64,000 bases of DNA from Eledone cirrhosa (taxonomy: Eukaryota). Positions within the stretch are counted from its first letter, which is position 1. Each line of letters opens with the position of its first letter. Shown here one piece after another: positions 40,216 to 56,364 of this stretch. Position numbers and translations under genes: made by a program. The notes under the pieces were generated by a model. That model did no database searches and had not been told where the DNA came from. It saw only the letters and a list, made by a program, of their open reading frames with translations. The DNA lies in assembly GCA_964016885.1 (NCBI GenBank), contig OZ024745.1:30814001-30878000 (forward strand), read 5' to 3'.

Positions 40216-40261
<46 letters not shown>

Positions 40262-40877
40262 GAGAGGTATAGAGATTGTTTTAGCAAGAAGCTAACGGCA
40301 TTCTATAACATATATGCGACTATAACGTCAAGATGGGAAAAGTAGTTAACGAAAGATTTAGGAAAAATAACTCAAACTCATCTCAAAAAGAGAATCAGGA
40401 TATAAATTCATCCACAGAATTTAGTAAAATCCAGGGAAAAATCTATAGACCTTTAACTCATGATAAAATAAAGTTTGAAACACTTATCCTTCAATTTGGA
40501 ATAACATCAAATGCTCTGTATAGTCTTAAAAGACTATTTCATGAAAACTTTCAGTGGAGATGGTCACGGTTGGATTTCATTCATCAGCAGAGCTCAACAG
40601 AAACCAGGGCTCTCACAGTAGTATAATCCGAAAAAGGGAATTCTAAAACTGGCTAGTTCGCCTTCGTGTGTATTTATGAAAAAGCACATGAGGAAAAAAC
40701 CGGGGCTAGTGACGTCAGGATGGAAGTGAATTTTTATTTACAAGAAATAGCAGTCAAATACATTCTGAAAAAAACTCTACAAAGGAGTTCAGCAAAATAG
40801 CAATAATTATCACAGTTTTTATGAAAAAAACCGGGATTAGTCACAGATAGTTTAAGCACTCTAGGAAAAGAATCCGA

Positions 40878-40934
<57 letters not shown>

Positions 40935-40937
<3 letters not shown>

Positions 40938-41095
40938 ACATGGACACACTAGAAGAGGAAGACCAAGGTTAACATATGTTGATGCCCTAAGGACAGACAC
41001 TGGTCTGTTGGAGATGCAGGATATGGCAGCGATAATGAGGGACAGAGACCGCTGGAGAGAACTCGTCCATGGATCTCGGGAATTTTACCCGCCTT

Positions 41096-41096
<1 letters not shown>
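40935..41096 (+). pseudogene. RTE LINE extreme 3' fragment
   Basis: HGHTRRGRPRLTYVDALRTDTGL..MAAIMRDRDRWRELV, inserted in (TA)n. Confidence 0.75.
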
Positions 41097-41174
<78 letters not shown>

Positions 41175-41185
41175 TAACAGATTAA

Positions 41186-41236
41186 AGTTTAAGCAAAGAA
41201 TCGCTGCTTTCACCCTTAACGGGATCTTCTGAAACT
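41186..41236 (-). ncRNA. CAGAAGA-variant hammerhead
   Basis: Reverse complement of 15425-15475. Confidence 0.65.
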
Positions 41237-41327
41237 AACAAAGTCAATCTGTAAACGCAGAACTGGATATTTCAAAAAACGTTGCAACCAGAGGAAGACA
41301 GGAAGACGATATATTATTATAAGCTTG

Positions 41328-41506
41328 TGGATTGGCAGTATCGGTAGGGTCGGACGCCATGCTTTCCAGCATAGTTACGTCCCTTTACGATCTGAGTTCA
41401 AATCCCGCCGTGGTTGACTTTCCCTTTCATCCTTACGGGGTCGATAAAATAAAGTACCAGTAATGCACTGGGTAATTGCTGGCCTTGTGCCTAAAGTAGA
41501 AACAAT
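41328..41506 (+). mobile_element. SINE family 1 with TSD
   Basis: ATTATTATAAGCTTGTG on both flanks. Confidence 0.85.
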
Positions 41507-41894
41507 TATTATAAGCTTGTGTGTGCAATTAAGGATAGTTTTCCCAAAAGAGATCTGAAAAAAATACACACAGTTAAATAAGGTACTCAATACGTTAATA
41601 GAGAAGAAACATTTATTTTATATAGAAATGACATGACTTCTACAGGACAATAACTGTTACATTCGTATGTAATCATTAGTGTAAAGTTATTTATATATCA
41701 AATTATATTTTAAACAGAAAGCAATTCCAGAAACCTTTCTGAATAAAACTGAAAGAACCATGACACTCCCAATTTTGGGCGTGAAATTACCACAAAATTT
41801 GATGCTTAATTACCTCACCTCAAACTATCAAATTGTACTTCAAACATTTTTTGCATAAAACTGAAAGAAATTCCCAACACCAGTTTGATGCGAG

Positions 41895-42200
41895 TTACAA
41901 GTCGGCGTAGTTATTGTTATTGCATTTATTTTTCCTGTTCAACTTCGGTTTTCTTAGTTCTATTTCAGTTGCTTCTCTGATTTGTCTGCCTGTCGAGTCA
42001 TTTCTATGTTTAGATATTATCATCATATCTTTGCCGTGTTCATATAGTACCGAACCGTCTTTTTGTCCTTTTAGTTCACCCCAGTTTTTGTCTATTCTCT
42101 CCCCTATTCTTCGAGCTGTCTCATCTATGTATGTCGTTGTCATATTTTTACAAGTACCCTCTGTACATCTTATCCTATAGACTATATTTCTAGTTTTACA
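41895..42200 (-). pseudogene. Penelope-like element GIY-YIG endonuclease fragment
   Basis: In-frame CKTRNIVYRIRCTEGTCKNMTTTYIDETARRIGERI..SVLYEH..RQIREATEIELRKPKLNR, matching the PLE pattern (VY..C..C..YIGET.R..R..H..R..EA..I..P.LN). Confidence 0.85.
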
Positions 42201-42540
42201 ATTTATTTGTGGATTTATTCTACATATAACATATTTTTAATTAGCACAGTGGGTTTTCTTTTCTGAAATAGAACTAAGAAAAAGAAAAGTTGAACAGAAG
42301 AAATGAATGGAATAACAACAACAACAACAATACACAAAACATATTACTGACCTAAGATGAATATAAATAAATAAATATAACCACATATAAACACACGGTA
42401 GTGAACAAAGATAGAATACAAACACACACAGACTCAGACACTAACACACACCAAACAGAAAACACACACACAAACGCATGCGCAAACAGAGACAAGAATA
42501 AATAAATCAATAAAAATAAAAATGGAAGGAAACGTAATAG

Positions 42541-42584
42541 TACCACTGATGATGTCACAGGTGTGTGATGAAAGAACTTTGATA
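42541..42584 (+). ncRNA. Slightly degenerate type I hammerhead
   Basis: TACCA-CTGATGA-T-GTCACA ggtg TGTGAT-GAAA-GAAC-TT^TGATA, with one helix I mismatch. Confidence 0.6.
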
Positions 42585-42796
42585 GACTATATATATATAT
42601 ATATTCATATATATATTTTTAACCGTTGGTCAATCAATGATAAGCATTGGTTGCCAGCTAAATTAACGATAGGGATATAAAATATACAGTAGCGAAAACC
42701 AATCCAAACCAAATTGGCAATATTATAACAATATGACCCTCCCCAAATATAACAATATTTGTTTCAACACACGATTTCATATCAAAAACCATGCAA

Positions 42797-42953
<157 letters not shown>

Positions 42954-43252
42954 TATCCCCCTTGCTTCTGCCGGGCACCGCCGGGTGGTGTTAGCTGCCA
43001 GTGTGTTATTCATAGCTATGGTTTTCTAAATGTTTATTTATAAACATACCGTATTTCTTTAGAAACTCGAAATTCAAATACATAGTTGTATATAACTATG
43101 TTAGAAGCTAAATCCTAATTCTATTCTATTATAAGTTGTGCCAACTTATATAGCTTCATATGCACATGAGATAATTATCTCATTTACACAGACGAAAAAA
43201 ACTATATATTTTCGCCTGTTTTCAAAGTCGGGCAGTTGCAAGAACGGGAGAG

Positions 43253-43296
43253 ATCGTCCTGACGAGAACCAGTCGAGTTCGAAATGCATCGACTAT
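43253..43296 (+). ncRNA. Second copy of the same hammerhead, 343 bp downstream
   Basis: Identical core. 3' strand of helix I is GACTAT (one mismatch). Confidence 0.88.
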
Positions 43297-43644
43297 TGTC
43301 CACAATGCGTCTGCCGGACACTGCCTGGTGGCGTTAGCCAGCAAGACAAGATCACAAACGAGGATGTGCTTGGAAGATCCATTGCCAACCGTCAACAAGG
43401 GCAAAAAGACAGAAGAATTCAGCTACCAGGGAATGTCCTACTGCAAAATCAACAACAAAATTTATAAAAATAACAACAACAACAACAACAGCAATGACAA
43501 CAACAAATACAATGGTAACAACAACAGCAGCAATAGCAACAACATCAGCAATAGCAATGATGTCAAAATCACAATAACAAGTGAACCTGTTTCCAGTAAA
43601 GAAACACATGATAAACAGAACTATACAAATATTAACTTCTCCTA

Positions 43645-44460
43645 TCCCCCCTCCTCACTTCACTGCCCTATTACAATCTAATAAGAACACCTCTACCTGG
43701 AGATTAACATGCTAGAAATAGCAACCAAATCTCCCCTCCTCACTTCACTGCCCTATTACAATCCAATAAGAACACCTCTACCTGGAGATTAACATGCTAG
43801 AAATAGCAATCAAATCTCCTCTCATCACTTCACTGCCCTATTACAATCCAATAAGGACACATCTACCTGGAGATTAACATGCTAGAAATAGCAACCAAAT
43901 CTCCTCTCATCACTTCACTGCCCTATTACAATCCAATAAGGACACTTCTACCTGGAGATTAACATGCTAGAAATAGCAACCAAATCTCCCCTCATCACTT
44001 CACTGCCCTATTACAATCCAATAAGAACACCTCTACCTGGAGATTAACATGCTAGAAATAGCAATCAAATCTCCTCTCATCACTTCACTGCCCTATTACA
44101 ATCCAATAAGAACACCTCTACCTGGAGATTAACATGCTAGAAATAGCAACCAAATCTCCCCTCATCACTTCACTGCCCTATTACAATCCAATAAGAACAC
44201 CTCTACCTGGAGATTAACATGCTAGAAATAGCAACCAAATCTCCCTCCTCACTTCACTGCCCTATTACAATCCAATAAGAACACCTCTACCTGGAGATTA
44301 ACATGCTAGAAATAGCAACCAAATCTCCCCTCCTCACTTCACTGTGCTATTACAACCCAACAAGGACACTTCTACCTGGAGATTGACATGCTGGAAATAA
44401 CAACCAAATCACTTCACCGTTCTATTACAATCCAACAAGGATTGCCTGGAGAATTGACAT
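43645..44460. repeat. 85-bp minisatellite, ~9.5 copies
   Basis: CACTTCACTGCCCTATTACAATCC recurs at 43741, 43826, 43911, 43996, 44081 and 44166, degenerating at the right end. Confidence 0.95.
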
Positions 44461-44654
44461 GAAAAAAAAAATAGCATCCAAATCCCCCTGAAAGAAAAAA
44501 AAAATGATGGAAAATTCACCTCCACCAGTATAGGACATTGGCGTGCAGAGGGGATGATGGCTCCGGGCAGGAGGATGGAGAATCCAACCGAAGAGTCAGC
44601 TAGGATCTCTATTCAATATGCATGCATGTTCCCGTAACTCCTGAAGGAGTCGTA

Positions 44655-44942
44655 GGGTGCCGTATTGTCATACAGCGTTTCTATGGCATTTTAAAACCTG
44701 GCCGTGCCCATCTCCTCTCCAGGTCTGGATACAGCAGATTTCTTCCAGAGAAAGACAGAAGATGAGAGAAGAAAAATGAGAAAGAGATGAAGAATCGACG
44801 GGTATTTTTTTTTTATCGCCCTCGAACGGATGAAAGGCAAAGTTGACATCGGTGGGATTTGAACTCAGAGAGCAGAAAGTCGGAACAAATACTGCAAAGT
44901 ATTCTATCCGGCTTTCTAACGATTCTGCCAGTTCGCCGCCTC
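44655..44942 (-). mobile_element. Diverged SINE plus adjacent shared repeat
   Basis: GGATGAAAGGCAAAG..GGATTTGAACTC. Similar to 28895-29180. Confidence 0.65.
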
Positions 44943-45298
44943 CATCCATTATAGCTAGCCTATTAAAGGACATTGGAAAAAAACGAGATAATGATCATGA
45001 TTAGAATACGTTTGATTTGATTGATGATAAGTATTCGATTGATCGATCAACTGGACGTCCAGTTCGTGATTCGTGAATTAACGTGTAAGTGGTTGAGTAT
45101 TCCTCTGGCACCTGCATATACCATTAATGTAATTTCCAAGCCGAATCAGTGACGGGCTTCCATACAGTTTCTGTCTGCCCAATTAGATCAACACGGGTCT
45201 ATAGTAAAACATATTTTACTCAAGAAGTCACACACTGGGATCGAACTCTGTATCTCATGATTGCGAAGCGAACTTCTTAACCATTCGCCATACCTCTG

Positions 45299-45406
<108 letters not shown>

Positions 45407-46518
45407 GTGCTAAATACAGACTAAGTTGGTACTAAACAGCAACTATTGTCACACTACTTCAACGTATCCCAGTGGTGATGCCCGAAGCCAACTCCTTGAT
45501 TGTATGTCCCCAAATCCTCAGTATATGGGTTAGTACTGAGATATGTCAGCAAGGAAGTCATTTTAAATATTTAAAAACAAATGAAACATGAAATAAACAT
45601 TTCACATTAATATAGAATAACCCTCATAAATTTTGCCCAATCAAGCACATCAAATTTCGAGTTAATAAGTTTCTCAGATTTTTGATCTGGACAGAAAACT
45701 GGAGACAGATTTGGGATGGGAGAAATCTAAATGAGCACTGCCCTTAGTAGCTGGATTGTATGGAGAACCCTGTATGACACTTTGATTGTGTGCTCACAAC
45801 CACCTGCCCTGATAGAGTTTCCTAGGACTGCCACAGCCTCGGCTCCCCTCTCTGCACGCCAAATTTCCGTCTATCTTCAGTTTTACTTTATTTTCCTCCC
45901 AAAGAAGTTACGGACGAAGGAGTAAAGGAGCAAGAGTGGTGGTGGTGGGGACGGTTGTATATAGAAAAGAGCAAAAGAAAGAGAAGTAAAATGAAAGAGG
46001 AAAATAAAGGTGAATGAGTAAGAATGAGGCGGGGGGGAGAAGCGGGGTTAAGTAGAAAAGAGAGAAAGGAAGAAAGGAAAGAAAGAAAGGAAAAAAAGAA
46101 AAGAGGAATAAAAGAAAAAGAAATAAAAACGTTGGCAAAAAAATGAAGGAAAGGAAGAAAGGAGAAAGAGAGAGACAGAGAGAGAGAGAGAGAAAGCGAG
46201 AGAGAGATATATAGTAGGAGGAAAGAGAGAAGGAAAGGTGAGAAGTGGTGTGGGTGGGGGAAAGAAAACAAATTCTAGTTAATAATGATATCTCTCTTAA
46301 AACATATATTTAGAGAAACGAAGATTAAAATAACAAAATAGAAGGAGGGATTGGAGGAGGAGGAGGGGAAGGAGAGGGGAAGAGAGGAGGATGGTGGAGG
46401 GAAGGGGGAAGAGAGGGGAAGAAGGGGGAGGGGAAGAGAGGAGAAGGTTATAAGTGTGAAAAAAAAGGAGAAGAGAAGAGAAACCGCGTGAAATTGATAG
46501 CAAAGGAGAACATAAAAC

Positions 46519-46559
<41 letters not shown>

Positions 46560-46614
46560 TGTGTGAGTGTATATAGAAGTATATATAAGTATATGTATGT
46601 ATGTATATATATAT

Positions 46615-46645
<31 letters not shown>

Positions 46646-46880
46646 ATATATATATATATGTATGTATGTATATATATATATATATATATATAGGTGTGTG
46701 TGTATGTATATATATAAGTATATATGTTTATATATAAGTATATATGTATATATGTATATATGTATATATGTATATATGAGTGTGTATGTATATACACAAC
46801 GTATATATTTGCATTTACAAGTAGGGCTCACCGTTTATGAAATACATATATGTGTGTGTCTTTTTGTGTATGTATATGTA

Positions 46881-46911
<31 letters not shown>

Positions 46912-46924
46912 ATACATATATACA

Positions 46925-47138
46925 GGGCGGTAGATTGGCAGTATCGGTAGAGGGTCGGACGCCATGCTTTCCAGCAAAGTTACGACCCTTTACGATCTGA
47001 GTTCAAATCCCGCCGAGGTTGACTTTGTCTTTCATCCTTACGGGGTCGATAAAATAAAGTACCAGTAATGCACTGGGTAATTGCTGGCCTTGTGCCTAAA
47101 GTAGAAACAATTATATATATATATACACACAAATATAC

Positions 47139-47201
<63 letters not shown>

Positions 47202-47395
47202 GTATATATATAAATAGATAGATGGATAATATATACATATACATTATATATTTATATTTATATATAGAGTATACGGCCCTTGCCATTCTGAGTTCAAATC
47301 CCGCCGAGGTTAACTTTGCGTTTAATCCTTACGGGGTCGATAAAATAAAGTACCACTGGGTAATTGCTGGCCTTGTGCCAAAAGTAGAAACAATT
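46925..47395 (+). mobile_element. SINE family 1, full copy (46925-47112) and truncated copy (~47270-47395)
   Basis: GGGCGGTAGATTGGCAGTATCGGTAGAG..GAGTTCAAATCCCGCC..core..AAAGTAGAAACAATTA. Confidence 0.85.
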
Positions 47396-47431
47396 ATATA
47401 TAATATATATATATATATATATAATTGTTTC

Positions 47432-47462
<31 letters not shown>

Positions 47463-47483
47463 CATACACACCTACACACACCT

Positions 47484-47572
<89 letters not shown>

Positions 47573-48373
47573 CGCACATACATACACACGATCTCATCAA
47601 ATTCAGAAAACAACCATACAAGGCGGGGGCATGTCAAATTTGTCAATGGTTTAGAAACTAAAACCAACCAACCAAACAAGCATACAATTATAAAAGTAAA
47701 GATATATGTTAGATATATATATATATATATAAATAAGAAAATAAATAAAATAAATAATAAATGAATAAATAAATAAATATACTCTGACAAGTTCAGCGTA
47801 TCAGTCGTCCTTCTATAGCGGGGTGTATGACGGGTAAGCGGGTACCAGATATAACAATTATCTCAGTTTTTAAGGCATGTCAGCCAGTAGCAGATTGGAG
47901 AGCTTACGTGAAAGAAGCGTAAAAGGCAAAAATTAGACGCAAACTTTAATTATTATTATTATTACTGTTATCATATTCATGTTATGTAGAGAGAAGAAAT
48001 ATGATAAATAGTCTCATGAAAGGATTGAAGAATGCTTAAATACTTAAATACCACGGAAATATATATATTTCAGCTTTAATTTCAAACATTAATGATAAAG
48101 AGGATTTACAAATTATTGTGCAAACTAGAGGAAAGCTAACTGGGTATGTCTTTTTTTTAATATTCCTTTTGTTGTTGTTGTTGTTGCTGTTGTTGTTGTT
48201 GTTGTTGTTGTTGTTTTTTGTTTTGTTTTTGTTTTGTTTATTTATTTATTTTTTTACGATATTCATCATCACTATCATTGTAAGCATCACTATCAGCTAT
48301 ATTTATGATGCCCACTATCTTCGTTATGAACACACAGAGTATACATACACACACGCGCGTACATACAAGGGCA

Positions 48374-48405
<32 letters not shown>

Positions 48406-48574
48406 GCAATATATATATATATATATGTATAGGAACGAGTAGGACCCCGACGGCTGAGCACAAGCCGTTTCGACGGCTAATCCTACTCGTTCCTATTACC
48501 CACTCTACTACCCTAAGTATTGAGTACTTTGGTGCGTTATGGTCCACCTGGTTCCTTACCACATTTCCTTTGTT

Positions 48575-51010
<2,436 letters not shown>

Positions 51011-51589
51011 AATATTTATACCACGTGTTTGCATGTGTTTTGCTTTTTTTGTGTGTGGAATTATTGCTTGATAGAGACGCTTGACACATCTTACTCGCCT
51101 CCTTCCTCATACACTGGCAGAAAAATATATTTATCCTTATTTACTCTTACTGCGCCGTTTAAGAAACTGCACCTGTTTCTTTGGTACCTTATGCATACTT
51201 CACTCTGTTGCAAACATTAACCCTAGACCTCCCCTAGTTTTTCCTCCACACATTGGCTGCAGGTGTTGAATGTGGGCGCATATGCCGCCGCACCGTGTTT
51301 GGAAGGAAGGGCCAACAAAGTTAATAAACACTGCTCCTTTTGATCCCTAAACAAAACCAGCTGAATTTATGTAGGGAAGGCCAACTGCACCACGCGAATC
51401 TAAAGGAATGTATTTACTACTGACGTGAAAATATTTGAATCCAACGCGCCCGTTTTCGCGCAAGAAGTCCTGCTAATAATTCAGTATTTACATGATATAT
51501 TCAATAAATAAAATAGTATATCTCTCAATTATTTGTTTTATCATAATATATGGACGCAATATAGCTGAATTGATAAGATGTTCGCTACA

Positions 51590-51788
51590 TGAGGATCGGG
51601 TGGAAAGTTGATAGGCTGACCAAGAAACTCTCATTGAATTACCAAATGAGCTATATTTTTCAACATAGTTCCTGGAAAGAAACAATGTAGTTATTAATAA
51701 GAATAGTTGAAATTAATGCATACAAAATTTCACAGCTCTAGCATCACTCCTTCATAGTCAGCCTATGAACTTTTCACCCGACCCTAGT
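51590..51788. mobile_element. Mariner-type MITE
   Basis: TIRs similar to 27263-27678. Confidence 0.7.
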
Positions 51789-52420
51789 ATAATCATGTTG
51801 TTCCAGGTTCAATACCATTACGTTGTATATTGGGCAAATGTCTCTTACCATAGCCTCGGTTCGTTCTATTACTTGGGTAGACTGAAACTGTTTGGAAGCC
51901 CATCGAGTAGCTGTACCTGTAATTCAAATGACCAGCCTTGTGTCACATTTTGTAGCGTTGAATCTTCCTGAGAATGACGTTAAGTACACATACGTCTGTG
52001 CAATGTTCAGTCACTTAAACACACGTAATGTGTAGCACGTTCTGTTCATCGAACTACTGAAACTGCCAACGTCGGTTAATTTCACTGAAGTATTATCTTA
52101 AAACGTCCGTGTTTCCTTGAGACTCAGCCTCCAGATCTGTGAATCACACAAATGCCGCTACAGATCCACAGTAGACTTTTTCGGCTTTCACCCACTGTCA
52201 TATCGCTAGTGCCGGTCGCCTAGCACGCCTTGCTGCTCTCAACGAGAACATAATTGTTTCAACTTTTTGGCACAAGGCCAGCAATTTTCCAGTGTATTAC
52301 TGGTACTTTATTTTAACCAGTGTATTACTGGTACTTTATTTTATCCACCCCATAAGGATGAAAGGCAAAGTTAACGAGAACATAATGCACAGCAGAAGGC
52401 CAGACGGTCATCAATATTAT

Positions 52421-52495
<75 letters not shown>

Positions 52496-52723
52496 GTACT
52501 GCAGATTGTATTGCATTTGCGATGCCAGTTTGCTCAACATATCGGATGACCGATCTGTGAGACGATAACAAAACAAAGGACAGTAAAATTTACGGTTGTC
52601 TTTCGACAAAAAGGAGAGATAAATACCTGTATGTATGTATCCATGTGTGTACATAGGTAGATAGATAGATATGTCTGTATTTTTGTGTTTTTGCATGTGT
52701 TTGTTTTGTTTATTCTTGAACTA

Positions 52724-52786
<63 letters not shown>

Positions 52787-52993
52787 TTATTCCGGGTTGA
52801 ATCGGAGGTAACAACAGTAAGTAAGGTACTCAATACATAGCAGAGTATAAATGTTTTAATATAGAAGAGCTTCTACGGGACTAGAACTGTTTCATTCGGG
52901 GTCCTACTCGTTCCTATTACCCACTCTACTACCCTAAGTATTGAGTACTTTGGTGCGTTATGGTCCACCTGGTTCCTTACCACATTTCCTTCG

Positions 52994-53044
<51 letters not shown>

Positions 53045-56000
53045 ATACACACACACACTTGAATAAACGACACGACGGTCCAAATCCAACACATTGTCTC
53101 CTCTCCTGGTGTTAGTTGATCATTTATCAATTGTTGTTATAAACGTCTCCAGTGACGAAAGGCGAGAGGTGAATCAAGTCACCCTATCCGACTAGTCAGT
53201 GCGTGTGATAAATACATATTTATATCCACCTATTTGTCAAAAGGAAGTAACTTTAATCTATATGCTGTAGCTTTTGTCGTTGTCGTGGTCGATCTTATTG
53301 TTGTTGTTGTTGTTGTTGTAGTTGTTGTTGATCTTCTAGTTGTAATTAATTATTGTTTTTCGTTGTGGTAATGTTGATGGCTTAATTGCGGTGAGTTGTA
53401 GTTCATGTGTTCCTGTTGTTGTTGTTGTTGCTGCTGTTGTTATTGTTGTTGCTGTTAGTGGTGGAGGTAGTGATGGTGGTGGTGGAGGTAGTGATGGTGG
53501 TGGTGGTGGTTTTGGTAGTTCTGTAGATGCGCTACTATTCCGTTATTCCTGTTAGAGTAAAGAAAACAACAGACAAAACATTTGACACAATGACCGAATA
53601 AGGTCACTTGATTTGCAAGAAGTAGCAGCCAAACCTCCTTCAAATTATTGATCTTTGTTTTATTGGCATGATCTTCAACTTGAGAAGAGAACAGGAAATA
53701 TTCCATTTCAGACTCTTCTAAAATTGGTAATATCGCCAGACGTTTTTCGTTTAACCCCACGACAGGCCTAATTGAACAGAACTGTGATAAAAATCGTCCC
53801 GGACTTGACAACTACATTTTTGTTTTCATCTATGACTCTATTTTCTATTATGTCCTTCCGTTTTTATAACGGTAATGTGGGATTTTAGGGAGATTTGACA
53901 GCTCTTTCTAGTAGGTCGAGCAACCACGTAGAGCAGTAATGAAAAACCCGTTTAGTACCAAAGTGGAAATAACATTTCATAAGAACCTAATAAGGTGCAT
54001 CTGTGCTTAGAAGGTTGGTTCTGATTTGTTTTGGTTTGTAAAATTATTATTCGTAAGTTTAGCACACAGGTGTTTCTTGGCTAAATTTGTTGAGAGAAAC
54101 TGTTGACATCTGTAATTGCTTGGAAACAGTGATGTAATATTTCATATGTGATTCCTCAAAAGTAAATAGTTTTTTCAACACCTTCATAGAATTTATATTT
54201 AAAAAAAACTTCAAAATAAATAAACTATTACATTAAAATATCAAAGTAATATCTGATTGTAAATGAATTACTTCGAGTTGTAAGGAACGAAGAGGCTTCA
54301 TCTGGCATCACATCAAAGCAAGTTTCGCATATTCGTAGTTCAAGCTGATGATTTGATAAATCTCTAAACCTCCTTTGAAATATAACCAGACGTTTCGAGC
54401 ATTTTGTAGCACCTACCACCATTAAGCTTTTAGAATCCATTTGGCAGTCCTCCAATTCTTTCTTGATTGAAGCAACAAGCCCTTTTCAGGATCCTATCAT
54501 ATAGACTGCATTGCTATCTTGTTCGTATCAAAATCATTTTTTGGTTATTTGATCCCAGCAAGTCAAATCTTCATTTCTGGTAGTCAGTCACATGCAAAAA
54601 TGTTATGTATGTATAAACTTGTAACTCCTGATGGAGTTGTAGAGACGCTAGTGTGACATATGGCGTGTCTTGTGCATTTAAAACCTGGCTGGGCCCATCC
54701 ATCCTCCGGGTCTGAACACAGGCAATTTCTTCCAGAGAAGGAGAGAGAAAGGGAAGAGAGAGAGAGGGGGTGGGGTTATAGAAGAAAAACTAACCCCAGT
54801 ACTGAACTGATTCGTTTATAACAACCTCGAAAGAATGAAAGGTAAAGTTGATTTCGGCGGGATTTGAACTGAGAGAGCAGAAAGCCAGATCGAATACTGA
54901 AAAAGAATTTTATTCGCGGTTCTAAAGACTTTTCCGATCTGTCGGCCTTCCAGAAATGTTATCAATTAATCAAGTTCCCGTAACTGGTGCATCCAGTCGT
55001 TGGGGGTGCCACTCTAGACATTTTACTGTGTGTCCGAATTTCAGTGCGTGGCAGTGATCCATCTCCTCTCCAAGCGTCCATTCCACCATTAAGTTTAGCC
55101 TGCCACAATAACAGTTCTCAGAGCATAACTGAAAAATGAACCAGAGCCAGAAGTGAGAGTCATGTGAAAACCAGTGTACCCGTTCATCCCCAAGGATGCT
55201 GCTGCTAGCCGTCAAGGTAGTCTCATGGTTTCGAGATAATGTTTCTTCAAATCCTGTATAACGGTACCTCCGATATCGCAATAACGTTTTTCAAATTACT
55301 TCACCCTATTTTCAAAAGAGCAGTATTGAAATAACGTTTCTTTAAACTGTTTCACTTTACTTTCAAAGGGACAGTGGGAAAACACGTCCTGTTTTGGAAT
55401 AATGATTCTTTAAATCCTAAAAATACCCAAGATACGCCGTATATCGGCACCCCCTATCACTCCACCTAGAATTACGGGTAAAGGAAGAGGAATGATCATG
55501 ACGTGCTGCTTGTGGAACACGACATAGGCCCTATTTATAAGACAAAGAGGCATTTGGATACTGGTGAAAAAACACATAATGAGTAACCTAAGCCAGCAAA
55601 CTCATGGGGTACTCCGACACGACTTAGCGGCTTCTCACCTGCATTGGTGAATTACCTTTAATGATTTCACTGTTTTTTTATCATTTCTGTTTGAACTACT
55701 GGATGTTTTTTTCTTTACACTATTATCTGTTTATTCTGTTTATTCTGGATGAGCTGGAGCAATGTGAAATAAAGTGTATTGCTTAAGGATACAAATACCA
55801 CCTATCATTGAACTCCCGACCTTGTAATCGCGCGCCTTTACCAAGCGTTTTCTCTCTCTCTCTCTCTCTCTCTCCTTCTCTCTCTCTCTCGCTCTCTCTC
55901 TCCCCTCTCTATCTCTCTCTCTCAAACACACACAAACACAAACACAGTGACACAAACACAGTAACACAAACACAAACACGCACACACAAACGCACGCACA

Positions 56001-56364
56001 CAAACACACACTCACACATACACACACAAACACAAACATTAACCCACACACACACACACACAAACAAACAAACATACAGTCTCACACACAAACATGCACA
56101 AAAACACACAAACTCAAACACAAAATACACACACACTCACGCACACACACAAACAAATATACAAACACACATACAAGCATTCACACACACACACACAAAC
56201 ACACATACAACAAGCATTCACACACACACATACACACACACACAAACACACATACAAGTATACACACAAACATACAAACACGCAAAAAACATTTTTTTTT
56301 TATATATATGAATGGGACATTCGTGTTAAAAGGTGTAATTAATTTTATCACTTTAATTATTATT

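Larger units (their letters stand above)
37837..40221 (+). mobile_element. Right arm: 5 copies + 15 bp of the same unit, inverted (ribozyme on plus strand)
   Basis: Reverse complement of the left arm. HHRs at 37970-38014, 38444-38488, 38918-38962, 39392-39436 and 39866-39910. Ends in (TA)n. Confidence 0.95.

Noticed and set aside
34567-40221. CRISPR array or second, opposite-polarity ribozyme
   Set aside because: No unique spacers and no cas genes, in a eukaryotic context. I found no CUGANGA/GAAA fold on the other strand; other ribozyme classes were not excluded.
40333-40626. 97-aa ORF next to the array
   Set aside because: No recognisable motif; possibly decayed TE sequence, but unsupported.
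46925-47012. tRNA genes at SINE heads
   Set aside because: A/B boxes run directly into SINE core and tail; no complete cloverleaf.
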